From: Flavobacteriales bacterium
GTDB taxonomy: Bacteria > Bacteroidota > Bacteroidia > Flavobacteriales_D > Sanyastnellaceae
NCBI GenBank assembly: GCA_022447625.1
Contig: JAKVAX010000016.1
Span: 20,766 to 84,765, forward strand
DNA: 64,000 nucleotides
Reading direction: 5' to 3'
Position 1 is the first letter of the stretch. Every line of letters starts with the position of its first letter. Shown here piece after piece: positions 9,623-19,547 of this stretch. The position numbers were made by a program, and so were the translations under genes. Below the pieces are notes generated by a model. That model was not told the DNA's origin, ran no database searches, and was given only the letters and a program-made list of their open reading frames with translations.

Positions 9623-10403
9623 TGCCTGTTTCTTCTAATAATTTTCTCGCCGTATCGGCGGGAACGCCCAAGGCTTCTACGATCATACGTGTGCCTCGGT
9701 CTAACAGTTTATTGTTTGCCAATTGCATGTCAACCATGCGATTTCCTTTGACATGCCCGAGTTGGATCATGACTGCTGTGGAAATCATATTGAGGATCAG
9801 CTTTTGCGCTGTTCCTGCTTTCATACGTGTACTTCCGGTGACAAACTCAGGACCGGTTACCGCTTCAATGGGGTGATTAGCTACAGCAGCTAATTCACTT
9901 CCTTCGTTGCATGTAATACAACCTGTGACAATGTTGTTCTCTCGGCACCGTTTCAGGGCCCCAATTACATATGGAGTACGTCCGCTGGCCGCAATTCCGA
10001 TCACCACATCGTTCTCATTTATGTCATGAGAACAGAGATCGTTCCAACCTCCTTCCGGATCATCTTCCGCAAACTCAACGGCCTTTCGAATGGCACTATC
10101 ACCACCGGCAATCAAACCAATAACTCTGCCTTGGTCTACTCCGAAGGTTGGAGGACATTCACTCGCATCTACGATACCAAGTCGTCCGCTTGTTCCTGCG
10201 CCGAGATAGAATAGTCTACCGCCTTGCTTCATCTTATCGCCAATGATTTCTACCAATGTGGAAATCTTCGGGATGACACTTGCAACGGTTTCGGGCACCG
10301 AACGGTCTTCTTTATTGATTGACGTCAGCAACTCACTCACTGACATTAGTTCGAGGTGATCGTAGTGGCTCTGGCGTTCTGTATGAGGAAGCTTCTTTTC
10401 CAT
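9588..10403 (-). CDS. murQ: N-acetylmuramic acid 6-phosphate etherase
   Basis: SIS-domain motifs LFYLGAGTSGRLG and IAASGRTPYVIGAL. The start is set at the internal MEKKL; the first 63 aa of the tracked ORF are low-complexity and are probably not translated. Confidence 0.85.
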   Translation of the reverse strand: MEKKLPHTERQSHYDHLELMSVSELLTSINKEDRSVPETVASVIPKISTLVEIIGDKMKQGGRLFYLGAGTSGRLGIVDASECPPTFGVDQGRVIGLIAGGDSAIRKAVEFAEDDPEGGWNDLCSHDINENDVVIGIAASGRTPYVIGALKRCRENNIVTGCITCNEGSELAAVANHPIEAVTGPEFVTGSTRMKAGTAQKLILNMISTAVMIQLGHVKGNRMVDMQLANNKLLDRGTRMIVEALGVPADTARKLLEETGSVRAAIEKGKE

Positions 10404-10566
10404 TGAATACAAAGGTACGATGAAAGCCTCGAGTTTGGCCTTTCGTTTGCACACACAAAAGATGAAGAATATATAACTATTCAAGCCTTTCCACGTTAGT
10501 GAAGAAAGGCGTTCCTGCGATAGCAGAAAGACTTTTCTAAATTTGAAGAACAAACAGACAAACTGA

Positions 10567-12192
10567 ATGAATCTGAAGCTGCTCCTACCCATCCTTGCAT
10601 TGGCGATGGTTTCGTTCCAAGCACAAGCTTATGTAGTGCTTGAAGCTGATACAAATGATACCGGATTTTTCGAGAAAAGCGCCCTGCCTGCTAAAATGCT
10701 AGCGGCGAAACACGAGTTCAATGAGCGCAACATGCGTGGTGCGTTGACCATCTATCGTGAAATCCTTCAAGCAGAGCCTGATAACAGCTCAGCACAATAC
10801 TGGACAGCGCGCTGTCATTATGAATTGAAGCGTTACGATCTCGCGATCAAATACCTTGATAAAGCGGTTGAGATTGACCCAAAAGTGAATGATAATGTTG
10901 ACTTCTTCTACGGGAAAATTCACCATCGACTGGCAGAGCTAGACCTCGCGATTGATCGCTTCCAGAAGTTCCTTGATGAGAATGGGAACAAGAGTTCTTT
11001 TGACGTGGAAGAAGCACGTCGTTTCATCGCTCAATGCAAATACGCTAGAGAGATCATGGCGAGACCACATGAGGTTTCCATTGAGAATATGGGGCCTGAG
11101 GTCAACTCGCGTTTCGATGAATACGCACCGTCGGTAACGGCGAAAGGAGACAAACTCTTCTTTACTTCTCGTCGTTCAAACGCCGTAGGTGGAGAAATCG
11201 ATGAAGGCGGTGACTACAAGTTCTACGAAGACGTTTACTACACCATGCAAGGTGAAGATGGCGTTTGGCTTGACGCGGAAGGCGTGAATGGTGAAGTGAA
11301 TACACCTACCTACGATGCGGTGCTGTCTATTTCACCTGATGGAACGAGTATGTTCATTTACCGAAACAACCAGAACAGTGCCGGAGACATCTTCATTTCA
11401 GGTTACGACAAACACGAAGACTCATGGCGTGCTCCAGAAAAAATGGACCGTCCGGTAAATACCTCATACTTCGAGAGTTCAGTATCGATTACAGCTGATG
11501 GTGAGACCTTGTACTTCATTTCAGAACGTCCAGAAGGACAGGGTCAAGGAGACATCTACGTAGCGAAGAAGAGCGGACAAGGATGGGGCAAGCCGAAAAA
11601 CTTGGGTGAGGTGATCAACACCGAGCTCGATGAGAAATTTGTTTTCATTCACCCAAGTGGTAAGACCCTTTACTTCGCAAGTAATGGACACCAGACAATG
11701 GGTAGCTATGATATCTTCCGAACTGAGTTCGTGAATGGTCAGTGGTCGATTCCCGTGAACCTCGGATTCCCGATTAACACAGTGAACGAAGAGAGTACAT
11801 TCTCTTTGACACGCGATAACAAGACGATGTATATCGCTGCTGAATATGATGATGCACTTGGTGAGCGTGACATTTACCAGATCGACGTATCGAAGTATCG
11901 TTTGATTAGCGAAGGCTACTCTGCAAGCAATTATGGAACGATCATCTTGACTGTACAAGACAGCCAAGGGAACAACCTCAAAGGCGCGCAGGTAGATTTT
12001 ATGTTGGAAAACGGAGACCGTGTTATTGCCAGCGAAAAAACAGACAAGCTCGGAAGAGTGCGCGTCAATCTTCCAGGTGGTGTGCATTATAAAGCCATCA
12101 TTTCGTCTCGTAAATCAAGTGGTCAGATCAGTTTTGAAATGATCTTGAACGAAGTTGGCGAGACGGTCATGAAAGAGACAATTAAGCTCTAA
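10567..12192 (+). CDS. Secreted TPR plus PD40/TolB-like beta-propeller repeat protein with C-terminal carboxypeptidase-regulatory-like domain (no OmpA domain)
   Basis: Signal peptide, TPR helices in aa 40-150, repeated YAPS.../DIY/DI(F)... PD40-like segments, and a C-terminal GTIILTVQD...G..V segment. Confidence 0.65.
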   Translation: MNLKLLLPILALAMVSFQAQAYVVLEADTNDTGFFEKSALPAKMLAAKHEFNERNMRGALTIYREILQAEPDNSSAQYWTARCHYELKRYDLAIKYLDKAVEIDPKVNDNVDFFYGKIHHRLAELDLAIDRFQKFLDENGNKSSFDVEEARRFIAQCKYAREIMARPHEVSIENMGPEVNSRFDEYAPSVTAKGDKLFFTSRRSNAVGGEIDEGGDYKFYEDVYYTMQGEDGVWLDAEGVNGEVNTPTYDAVLSISPDGTSMFIYRNNQNSAGDIFISGYDKHEDSWRAPEKMDRPVNTSYFESSVSITADGETLYFISERPEGQGQGDIYVAKKSGQGWGKPKNLGEVINTELDEKFVFIHPSGKTLYFASNGHQTMGSYDIFRTEFVNGQWSIPVNLGFPINTVNEESTFSLTRDNKTMYIAAEYDDALGERDIYQIDVSKYRLISEGYSASNYGTIILTVQDSQGNNLKGAQVDFMLENGDRVIASEKTDKLGRVRVNLPGGVHYKAIISSRKSSGQISFEMILNEVGETVMKETIKL

Positions 12193-14696
12193 CGAACGTA
12201 TTGCGCATTCACCGTTGGTGTCTGACGTAGTCTGCGTTCAGCGGTGAAAGTAATAACCTTCGTTTCTCCCGGGAGAAGCGTGAAATAGTTGTCGCTTAGT
12301 TTTCCCTCCTCCATGATATTGATTTGGACATCAACGGCGAGAGATTCGCTGCGCAGTTTGATTTCCCATACAATCTGATCACGCGAAGTAGCTTCAGTAA
12401 TGATGCGTGTTTCCGGAAGATCGTAGGTCTTGGTTTTGTTCGGGAAGAAAACGTCTCTGCGTGTTTGACCTCCATCGTTCCATTCAATCATATAGATCTC
12501 GCCTTCGGCGGAATGGGTATTCAGATCAACGCGTGTAATTCCGGAAGTCGCTTTGAACTGTTCAATGCTGCTTTTGCGAATGGCCTCGCCTGATGCGTTC
12601 AATACAGTTACGCTTCCAGGAACGGCAAAGGCGTCTTGTGTATCGTTAATGACGGTGAGGTAGATTCCTTTTTCGTCTTCGTTTAACCACATGGTTTGTG
12701 GAGCGAAGGCTTGCTCTGCATGATAATGGAGTGCCTTCCATCGGCCGCGGTAATCAATGCTGCTCCAGCTTGCTACCGGCCAACAATCATTCAATTGCCA
12801 ATACAGGCTCCCGCCACATTCCGCGTTAGCGCGATGCGCACGAATACCTTTAATCATACCGTTACGTTGCACCAACTGACTCTTATAAATCCACTCTCGG
12901 AAATCTGTGGCCTGATTGTACTCACGCAGCATGTACTCATCAATCAACTTAAATCCTCGCGGATGCTTTTCATGCACTTTGAGCACAGAGGAAGTGGTGT
13001 CCCACTCACTCTGTGGAACCCCAGTGCGCAACGTAAACTCATCAGGGAAACTCTGGAACCCGAATTCACTCATGAAGCGCGGTACTTTTTCTTCGAAAAC
13101 ATCGAAGGGTTCAGCATCGTGCCATACCCCCCAATAATGCGCATCACCTTCGAACTGATGGCGATCATCGCCACGTCCAAGCATCGGTGAAGAAGCCCAG
13201 TAAGGAACGTTGGTCGTCGCACTCACCGCTGAGGGTAGCACATCGTCAAAGATGCGAGTGTAGCTTTCTTCAATTCGTTTCTTCTCCTTTTTTGATAGGC
13301 CTTCTTGCCAGCCCCAGCGAGCCCAACCTTCTGCATTTTCGTTATTCCCACACCACAAGGCGATGCAAGGGTGACTCGATAGACGTTGTACCTGTTCTTG
13401 GGCCTCGATGCGCACGTTTTCAGCGTAATCATCGTCGCCGGGATACATCGCACAAGCAAACATGAAGTCTTGCCAAACCATGATCCCAAGCGAATCACAG
13501 AGGTCATAGAAGAGATCGCGTTCGTAGATCCCGCCGCCCCAAACACGGAGCATATTCATGTTAGCGGCCTGCGCATCAATGAGCAGTTCGCGGTAATCGT
13601 ATTCAGAGACACGCGTATCAAAAAGGTCTTGAGGAATATAATTTGCTCCTTTCATGAAGACCGGTTCTCCGTTCAATAGGAATCGGAACCTGCTCCCATT
13701 TTCCAAAGGAGAAGTGTCTAGTTCAATGGTGCGAATACCCAACTTCGTTTTCACGAATTCACGTAGCGCTTGTCCGTTGACCTCACCGGTTACCTTCACC
13801 GTGACATCGTAAATGGGTTGATCACCCAGATTGGCTGTCCACCAAAGCTGTGGACGTTTGACAACAATCTGTTCGGTAATCACATTCTCTCCAGGTTGAA
13901 TATCTCCTGAGAATTTGAAGGGATTGGCCGCGGTCACCAGTGCGCTCATGTTACCCGTGATGTTGATGGTGCCTGAATGATCAGATCGCACAAAGCACTT
14001 CACTTCAAGTACGGCGCTATCTCGATTTGCCGAAAGGGTAGAGAAGGTGACGTCGTCTAGGGTAACTCCACTCCAAGCGCGTAGATCAATGGCTCCAGAG
14101 ATCCCTGAAGAGGTGAGCTTTGGCCCCCAATCCCAACCGTAGTGGAATTGAGGCTTACGTGCAACCGCACGGATGGCTTCACCTGGCAGTGGGTGGTCCT
14201 GCGCTTCCAACAGTGCTTGTCCTTCTTTCAATGGAGATCGGAAACGAATCTCCACGACATTGTTGTAGTCAACATACCCCTCTTTTAGGTCGATGGTCCA
14301 AGAGCGGTGAGCGTTGTTGACGTCAAGCATTTTCTCGCCGTTATACCAGATCTCCGCAAAGGTGTCGATGCCTCGAAACGTGAGTTCAACATGGTCTTTG
14401 GCCAGAATGTCATCGCTTAGGATGAAGGGTACGGTTCGATACAACCATGATTTGTTCGAGACCCATTGTACGCGGTTTTCGTTGTCGGCATAATAGGGGT
14501 CAGGAATGAGGTTGTAATTGCGTAGGTCGGTATGGACGTAGCCTGGGACGGTGGCTTCGCGCCAATGTTCATCTGCGGCATCGGTAAAATCCCATTCGGT
14601 TTCGAACGGCATTTGAATGGTCTGGGCTTGAAGAGCATTCAGACTCAGGCACAGTAGAAAGGTCAGTGCAGATGCAGCGATAAACTTCATATCCAT
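12189..14696 (-). CDS. Glycoside hydrolase family 2, beta-mannosidase-like, secreted
   Basis: 835 aa with a signal peptide. GH2 acid/base region ALWCGNNENAEGW, nucleophile region MSEFGFQSFP, and a size typical of beta-mannosidases. Confidence 0.75.
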   Translation of the reverse strand: MDMKFIAASALTFLLCLSLNALQAQTIQMPFETEWDFTDAADEHWREATVPGYVHTDLRNYNLIPDPYYADNENRVQWVSNKSWLYRTVPFILSDDILAKDHVELTFRGIDTFAEIWYNGEKMLDVNNAHRSWTIDLKEGYVDYNNVVEIRFRSPLKEGQALLEAQDHPLPGEAIRAVARKPQFHYGWDWGPKLTSSGISGAIDLRAWSGVTLDDVTFSTLSANRDSAVLEVKCFVRSDHSGTINITGNMSALVTAANPFKFSGDIQPGENVITEQIVVKRPQLWWTANLGDQPIYDVTVKVTGEVNGQALREFVKTKLGIRTIELDTSPLENGSRFRFLLNGEPVFMKGANYIPQDLFDTRVSEYDYRELLIDAQAANMNMLRVWGGGIYERDLFYDLCDSLGIMVWQDFMFACAMYPGDDDYAENVRIEAQEQVQRLSSHPCIALWCGNNENAEGWARWGWQEGLSKKEKKRIEESYTRIFDDVLPSAVSATTNVPYWASSPMLGRGDDRHQFEGDAHYWGVWHDAEPFDVFEEKVPRFMSEFGFQSFPDEFTLRTGVPQSEWDTTSSVLKVHEKHPRGFKLIDEYMLREYNQATDFREWIYKSQLVQRNGMIKGIRAHRANAECGGSLYWQLNDCWPVASWSSIDYRGRWKALHYHAEQAFAPQTMWLNEDEKGIYLTVINDTQDAFAVPGSVTVLNASGEAIRKSSIEQFKATSGITRVDLNTHSAEGEIYMIEWNDGGQTRRDVFFPNKTKTYDLPETRIITEATSRDQIVWEIKLRSESLAVDVQINIMEEGKLSDNYFTLLPGETKVITFTAERRLRQTPTVNAQYVR

Positions 14697-14762
14697 GGTT
14701 TCGGTTGAGGCTAAAATACATCAACCCTTGCAGGCTTCCTGAAAAATCGTGATTTTCAAGCC

Positions 14763-15143
14763 ATGCTACGACTATGCTACAGATGTACGAACTGTGGAGA
14801 ACACAATTACTTCCGTTCGTTTCAGACTTCTCGATTGGACCTTGAAATGGCGAAGGGAAGAACACAAGAAAAACAGTGCAAGAATTGCCAGCACACAGAA
14901 ATGGTAGATGTTAATGACATGAAGGCTGTGATGAGCCCAATGCGATTACTCGTAACCTTAATCATAGCATTGGTTTTGACAGCAGTACTTGGGTACTTTT
15001 TAATCTACCGAGGGGTTGAAGTAGGATCAGGAAGTTATTCAATCATCAGCGCGGGAATCATGGCGCTGCCGATGTCTGGATACATATATCTTGCTGCGCA
15101 AGAGCGTCAATCCATTCGCTACTTCAATGTAATTAAGCGCTAA
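14763..15143 (+). CDS. Hypothetical small protein: N-terminal Cys4 zinc-ribbon (CxxC...CxxC) plus 2 predicted TM helices
   Basis: CYRCTNCGEH...CKNCQH, then hydrophobic stretches LLVTLIIALVLTAVLGYFLIY and IISAGIMALPMSGYIYL. The true start may be at the internal MAKGR. Confidence 0.4.
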   Translation: MLRLCYRCTNCGEHNYFRSFQTSRLDLEMAKGRTQEKQCKNCQHTEMVDVNDMKAVMSPMRLLVTLIIALVLTAVLGYFLIYRGVEVGSGSYSIISAGIMALPMSGYIYLAAQERQSIRYFNVIKR

Positions 15144-15896
15144 TTACTTCCAGAATACTTCCTCACCATTCCAGCAATTCCAGCTGCTTTGGGCTTGAAA
15201 GTGAAGCATGTCTTTACCATTCAAAATGGTAGCTCCTTGTTCCTCTGCTTTTTGAAGGAAGAGCGTCTTGACCGGATTGTAGATCAAGTCTACAACCAAA
15301 TGTTCAGGAGTGATGAGGTGGTATGGGATATCAGGAAATCGGTCTGAATTCGGAGCCATTCCCAGCGGCGTGCAATTCACGATCAACTTGCATGAATTCA
15401 ACACCGCTGCATTGATGTCTTTGTAGGCCAATTTTCCTTGTCCTAACGGCATGCGAGATACGAAATGTACATTGATTCCAATGTTCTTTAAGATGTATGC
15501 AATCGCTAGCGCGGAACCGCCTGTTCCAAAGACCAAGGCGTGCTCGTGTTTAGGTTGAAGGAAGGGACGAATACTCTTTTGAAAACCACTGGCATCGGTA
15601 TTGTAACCGATGAGTCCTTCATCTGTGCGCCAGAGGGTGTTCACTGCTCCAATGGCTTCTGCCGCAGGCGATAACATATCGCAGTACTCGAGCACAGATA
15701 CCTTATAAGGAATGGTCACATTGAGACCTACTAGGTCTTTGTTTTCACGCAGAATTTCAGGGAGGTAATCAATTGTTGGTAATTCGAAATGGAGGTAGTC
15801 ATGGTCTTTCAGCTGTTCTTGTTGAAAGAACTCTGTCCAGTAATCTTTCGACCACGAATGCCCTAATGGGTAACCAATCAAGCCAAACTTCCTCAT
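15144..15896 (-). CDS. aroE: Shikimate 5-dehydrogenase
   Basis: The N-terminal FGLIGYPLGHSWS and the central GTGGSALAIAY NADP-binding motif are typical of AroE. The start is placed at MRKFG, which gives an ATGA overlap with the upstream DUF368 gene. Confidence 0.85.
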   Translation of the reverse strand: MRKFGLIGYPLGHSWSKDYWTEFFQQEQLKDHDYLHFELPTIDYLPEILRENKDLVGLNVTIPYKVSVLEYCDMLSPAAEAIGAVNTLWRTDEGLIGYNTDASGFQKSIRPFLQPKHEHALVFGTGGSALAIAYILKNIGINVHFVSRMPLGQGKLAYKDINAAVLNSCKLIVNCTPLGMAPNSDRFPDIPYHLITPEHLVVDLIYNPVKTLFLQKAEEQGATILNGKDMLHFQAQSSWNCWNGEEVFWK

Positions 15897-16813
15897 TTTT
15901 TTGTCGCAATTCGTTCCATAATAAAGATGATTGCGAAGCCGATGATGAAACATACAGCTACCGCTCCAATTTGAGCATCTCCTTCAAACGCGCCGGGCAT
16001 GACGTTCGACATCAACCAATCTTCTTTTCCATCGCTGTGGGTGTAAAGAAGTTCCGCTTTTTGCTGCCATGGCCACAGTTTCTGAAGCGAACCTAACAGG
16101 AAGCCCGTCAAGAGCGCAACCGTTAAATCATGATGCTTTTTGTACATCCAATTTAACAAATGTGAGAATGAGAGAATCCCAACGACACATCCAGCCCCAA
16201 ATGCGCCGATTGTGGGGATGTCAAATTCTTTGACTGCCTTAATCACTGTCGTGTAGGAACCAAGAATCAATAAGATGAAGCTTCCAGAGATTCCCGGAAG
16301 TATCATGGCGCAGATCCCTATCATCCCACTGAAGAAGAGGAAGAGCATAGAGTCACTCTGTCCCATCGGTGGGAGGGATGTGATGTACCAAGCAATGGCT
16401 GCGCCGGCAATGAATGACACGATTGACTTGGCGTTCCATGCGTTTACTTGTTTACCAATGAAGAAAACAGAGGCAAGAACCAATCCGAAGAAGAAAGCCC
16501 ACAGCTTGATGGGTTCGTTTTCGAGGAGCCAAGAAATGAGGTGAGCTAGACTGGCAATCGCAGTAATCACTCCCACGCCAATGGCTAGCAGAAAACTAAA
16601 GTTTCCAGCTTTCCAGAATGCTTTGAAGCCTTCTGTACGCAATACTTTTAGAAGGGAAGGCTTGATACCACTAATGGTACCTAGTAGCTCTTCGTAAATT
16701 CCAGAAATAAAGGCGATGGTACCCCCAGAAACTCCGGGTACCACGTCAGCTGCCCCCATGGCCAATCCACGAAGGGAAAGGAGGAGGTAGTCAGCCGTTT
16801 TTCGTGCTTTCAA
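15893..16813 (-). CDS. DUF368-domain integral membrane protein
   Basis: Two copies of the signature ...PGVSGGTIAFISG / PGISGSFILLILG and multiple TM helices. Confidence 0.75.
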   Translation of the reverse strand: MKARKTADYLLLSLRGLAMGAADVVPGVSGGTIAFISGIYEELLGTISGIKPSLLKVLRTEGFKAFWKAGNFSFLLAIGVGVITAIASLAHLISWLLENEPIKLWAFFFGLVLASVFFIGKQVNAWNAKSIVSFIAGAAIAWYITSLPPMGQSDSMLFLFFSGMIGICAMILPGISGSFILLILGSYTTVIKAVKEFDIPTIGAFGAGCVVGILSFSHLLNWMYKKHHDLTVALLTGFLLGSLQKLWPWQQKAELLYTHSDGKEDWLMSNVMPGAFEGDAQIGAVAVCFIIGFAIIFIMERIATKK

Positions 16814-16814
16814 A

Positions 16815-17132
16815 TCAGTATTGTTCGAGCGTTGTGTCGATCTGAGAAGCCCAAGCCAGAATACCTCCGGTTAGGTTGTGCAGATTGGTAAATCCGAAGT
16901 TCGCTTCGAGGGCATTCACCACTGCACTAGAACGCTGTCCAGAGCGGCAATGTATAATTACAGGGATATCCTTGCGGACCTCTTCATTACGTGCCATGAT
17001 CTCACCCATTGGGATGTGTGTACCGTTGATAGTACAAATCTCAATTTCGTGAATTTCGCGAACGTCAATCAACTGGTGATCTTCGTTCTTGTTGCGCATT
17101 GCTTTTAGTTCGGAAACGCTGATCTCTTTCAT
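16815..17132 (-). CDS. Rhodanese-like single-domain sulfurtransferase
   Basis: Active-site loop IIHCRSGQRS (Cys-X5-Ser/Arg), 105 aa. Confidence 0.85.
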   Translation of the reverse strand: MKEISVSELKAMRNKNEDHQLIDVREIHEIEICTINGTHIPMGEIMARNEEVRKDIPVIIHCRSGQRSSAVVNALEANFGFTNLHNLTGGILAWASQIDTTLEQY

Positions 17133-17977
17133 TTTTCCTTGGTCTCTTTCTCTTTGGCCGGAGCCGCTTTTTTCTGTGCAGGTTTCGGGTTCTCCTGACG
17201 CTTTCCTTCAGCGACGTCCGCTGGAAGGAATTCGAAGAAGGTGTCACCTCGAAGCCCCAAACGTAAGCATTCCAGAGAAATGACATCGCTAGGAGCGATG
17301 TTTCCAAGGTTTACATTAGGTCCCATGTATTTGATGAACCATACCTGTTGCGCTTTCTTCGGCGCTTCCCATAGGATGTCATCCCCATCGACCTTTGAAA
17401 GGATCTTATTGATAAGAATCGTGTGCGCTGTTCCGTTCGGACGATAGATACCTACCGTTCCGCTTTCGCGCGCTTCTGCGATCACTTTCCAAGAACCAGC
17501 ATCCAATTCGTCACGCATCATTTGAATCCACTTCTTAGGTGAAATCAAGATGCCTTCTTCTTTAGATCCTACTTCAGAAAGTACTTTGAAGTCTTTTGAA
17601 AGTTGGTTGATCACTTGGCACTTTTGCTTGTGCGGGATCACCATGCTACCATCAGAAACCTCAACGGCGTTTGCTCCAATGCGCTTTACGTACTCCACAT
17701 ACTCATCCAGCATTCCACGGATGTAGAATGCTTCGAATAGCGTACCTCCAACGTATACATCGATATCATTGCTACGGTAGAATTCAATCTTGCGCTCGAG
17801 GCCTGGGGTAACGATTGATGTACCGAAACCAAGTTTCAGTAGGTCAATCAAATGTCCTGATCGGCTTACGAGGTCTTCAGCTTCTCTGATGCTGAGGCCT
17901 TTGTCCATAATCATGTTCACACCTTTCTGGCGTGGCTTAGATGGACGTTCGGGTAGAAAAGGTAAGTCGTAGTTCAT
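17129..17977 (-). CDS. (2R)-phospho-3-sulfolactate synthase (ComA family) with C-terminal Lys/Pro-rich tail
   Basis: Conserved blocks shared with archaeal ComA and Bacillus YitD: KLGFGTS, GGTLFE, AVEVSDGS, EARESG, ISLECLRLGLRGDTF. It has an extra ~30-aa KPAQKKAAPAKEKETKEK tail. Confidence 0.75.
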   Translation of the reverse strand: MNYDLPFLPERPSKPRQKGVNMIMDKGLSIREAEDLVSRSGHLIDLLKLGFGTSIVTPGLERKIEFYRSNDIDVYVGGTLFEAFYIRGMLDEYVEYVKRIGANAVEVSDGSMVIPHKQKCQVINQLSKDFKVLSEVGSKEEGILISPKKWIQMMRDELDAGSWKVIAEARESGTVGIYRPNGTAHTILINKILSKVDGDDILWEAPKKAQQVWFIKYMGPNVNLGNIAPSDVISLECLRLGLRGDTFFEFLPADVAEGKRQENPKPAQKKAAPAKEKETKEK

Positions 17978-17980
17978 TTT

Positions 17981-19477
17981 TTAGTTTGGCTTATATAGAT
18001 CCAATAGTTGTACCACTACCGGGTCATTCTCTATCTCGGGTAAATATTCCAGCAAAGATTGGGAATTTTCGAAATCCTTCGTCAATAATTCTTCTAAACG
18101 TCCGTAAGCTTCCTTTCTCTTACCATGACGATACAAATATGCGACCTCTCGGTACTCGAGTTCGATCGAATCATGTATCAACGTGACACCTTCACGAATT
18201 AGTTCCAGTGCTCCAGCATGATCGCCCATTCGGAAACGGTTGTCTGAATGATCTAACCACGCATCTACATTGGTTGATTCTAATCGAATGATGTTCTCGT
18301 ATATCGCTGCCGCCTCTGAGTGCATACCGAGTTTACGCATCGAAGCTCCAATGAGTAATTGGAAGTCGATGTTGTCGGGTTCAATTTGAAGCGCGCGCTC
18401 AAAGAATTTCAATGCCGCATCTGACATGTCTTGAAGGTCCATAATGACACCGAGTCCTACCCATGCATCTGCAAACTCATCATCCACTTCGAGTGATTGA
18501 CGGTAGTACTTTTCGGCATCTTCATATTGTTCTAGGCGCTCGTAGCACTCTCCGATGAAGCAAAGCGAAGACGCATGCAGGGGCTCGAGCCCAATAAGAA
18601 GTTTGTATTCCTTGATGGCGTCTTCATAACGCTCCAACTTAACCAGTGCGTTGGCCTTATTGAGGATACCCGGCGTGAAGTCTTCTTGAATGACTAAGCA
18701 ATAGTCATACGCGTGAATAGACTCTTCGAGTTTGTCTTCCTTTTGCAGCATATTCCCGAGGTTGTACCACGCGGGGAAGCTATAAGGGAAGTAATCGATG
18801 AATTTATTGAAGTACGCGATTCCTGCTTCGGTCTTGTTCGCCATATCGAAGCAGTAGGCGATTTCGTAAAGCGCTGTTTCGTTTTCAGGATTCGCACCGA
18901 TAGCCTCAGTGAGGGTCTCAATGGCTTTATCCCAACGCTCTAAGTTTTCGTATTCCAAAGCAAGCTCGATCCAGATCTCATCTTTGAGTTCTTTATCGGC
19001 TGTTTTTAACGCTGTTTGAAGGTATTCAATGGCTTGACGATGCTCGCGTAATTGCGAGTAGACCGAAGCCAGGGTCATCAACACTTCTTCGTTGTTTGGC
19101 TCAAAACGCAACAAATTCTTGAGGCGTGGTACGGCGCGGCTGAGTTTGCCAGTGCTCGCAAGTAATTGAGCTTCGCGCAGGAGAAGCACGGTACTATCTG
19201 GGAAGAGCTGCGCAGCGTATTTCAAGACGTGCTGTGCCTGCTTAATGCGATTGCGCTCTAGATAGTATTCTATAATCGATTCGAACTGGTCGATATCAAA
19301 AAAGTAGGACTCGTCATCAGCGATCATTTTCTCGTAGCGTGCTACGAGCAACTTCCGCTCATCCTCGCCCTGGTAATTCCATTCTTCGCTCATATGTTGG
19401 ATCGTCCTGTTTAGGCTTCTTATAAATCTAGGTTTTAAGAAACCGTTTCCGGCCAAAAGGCTCGGATTCTTTTTCAC
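17981..19477 (-). CDS. Tetratricopeptide-repeat protein
   Basis: Repeated W/Y-LG-Y-A-F-P TPR-type helix pairs throughout the 498 aa. Confidence 0.7.
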   Translation of the reverse strand: MKKNPSLLAGNGFLKPRFIRSLNRTIQHMSEEWNYQGEDERKLLVARYEKMIADDESYFFDIDQFESIIEYYLERNRIKQAQHVLKYAAQLFPDSTVLLLREAQLLASTGKLSRAVPRLKNLLRFEPNNEEVLMTLASVYSQLREHRQAIEYLQTALKTADKELKDEIWIELALEYENLERWDKAIETLTEAIGANPENETALYEIAYCFDMANKTEAGIAYFNKFIDYFPYSFPAWYNLGNMLQKEDKLEESIHAYDYCLVIQEDFTPGILNKANALVKLERYEDAIKEYKLLIGLEPLHASSLCFIGECYERLEQYEDAEKYYRQSLEVDDEFADAWVGLGVIMDLQDMSDAALKFFERALQIEPDNIDFQLLIGASMRKLGMHSEAAAIYENIIRLESTNVDAWLDHSDNRFRMGDHAGALELIREGVTLIHDSIELEYREVAYLYRHGKRKEAYGRLEELLTKDFENSQSLLEYLPEIENDPVVVQLLDLYKPN

Positions 19478-19547
19478 ATGTCAATTCCCGCCGAGTATCC
19501 CGTCAGTGCAGACATCCAAATAGGTTATTCACAATCTTCTTGCCATA

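Noticed and set aside
9588-10592. Longer 334-aa version of MurQ starting at MGRSS
   Set aside because: The extra 63 N-terminal residues are Phe/Cys/Lys-rich low-complexity and absent from MurQ family proteins. The internal MEKKL start gives the canonical length.
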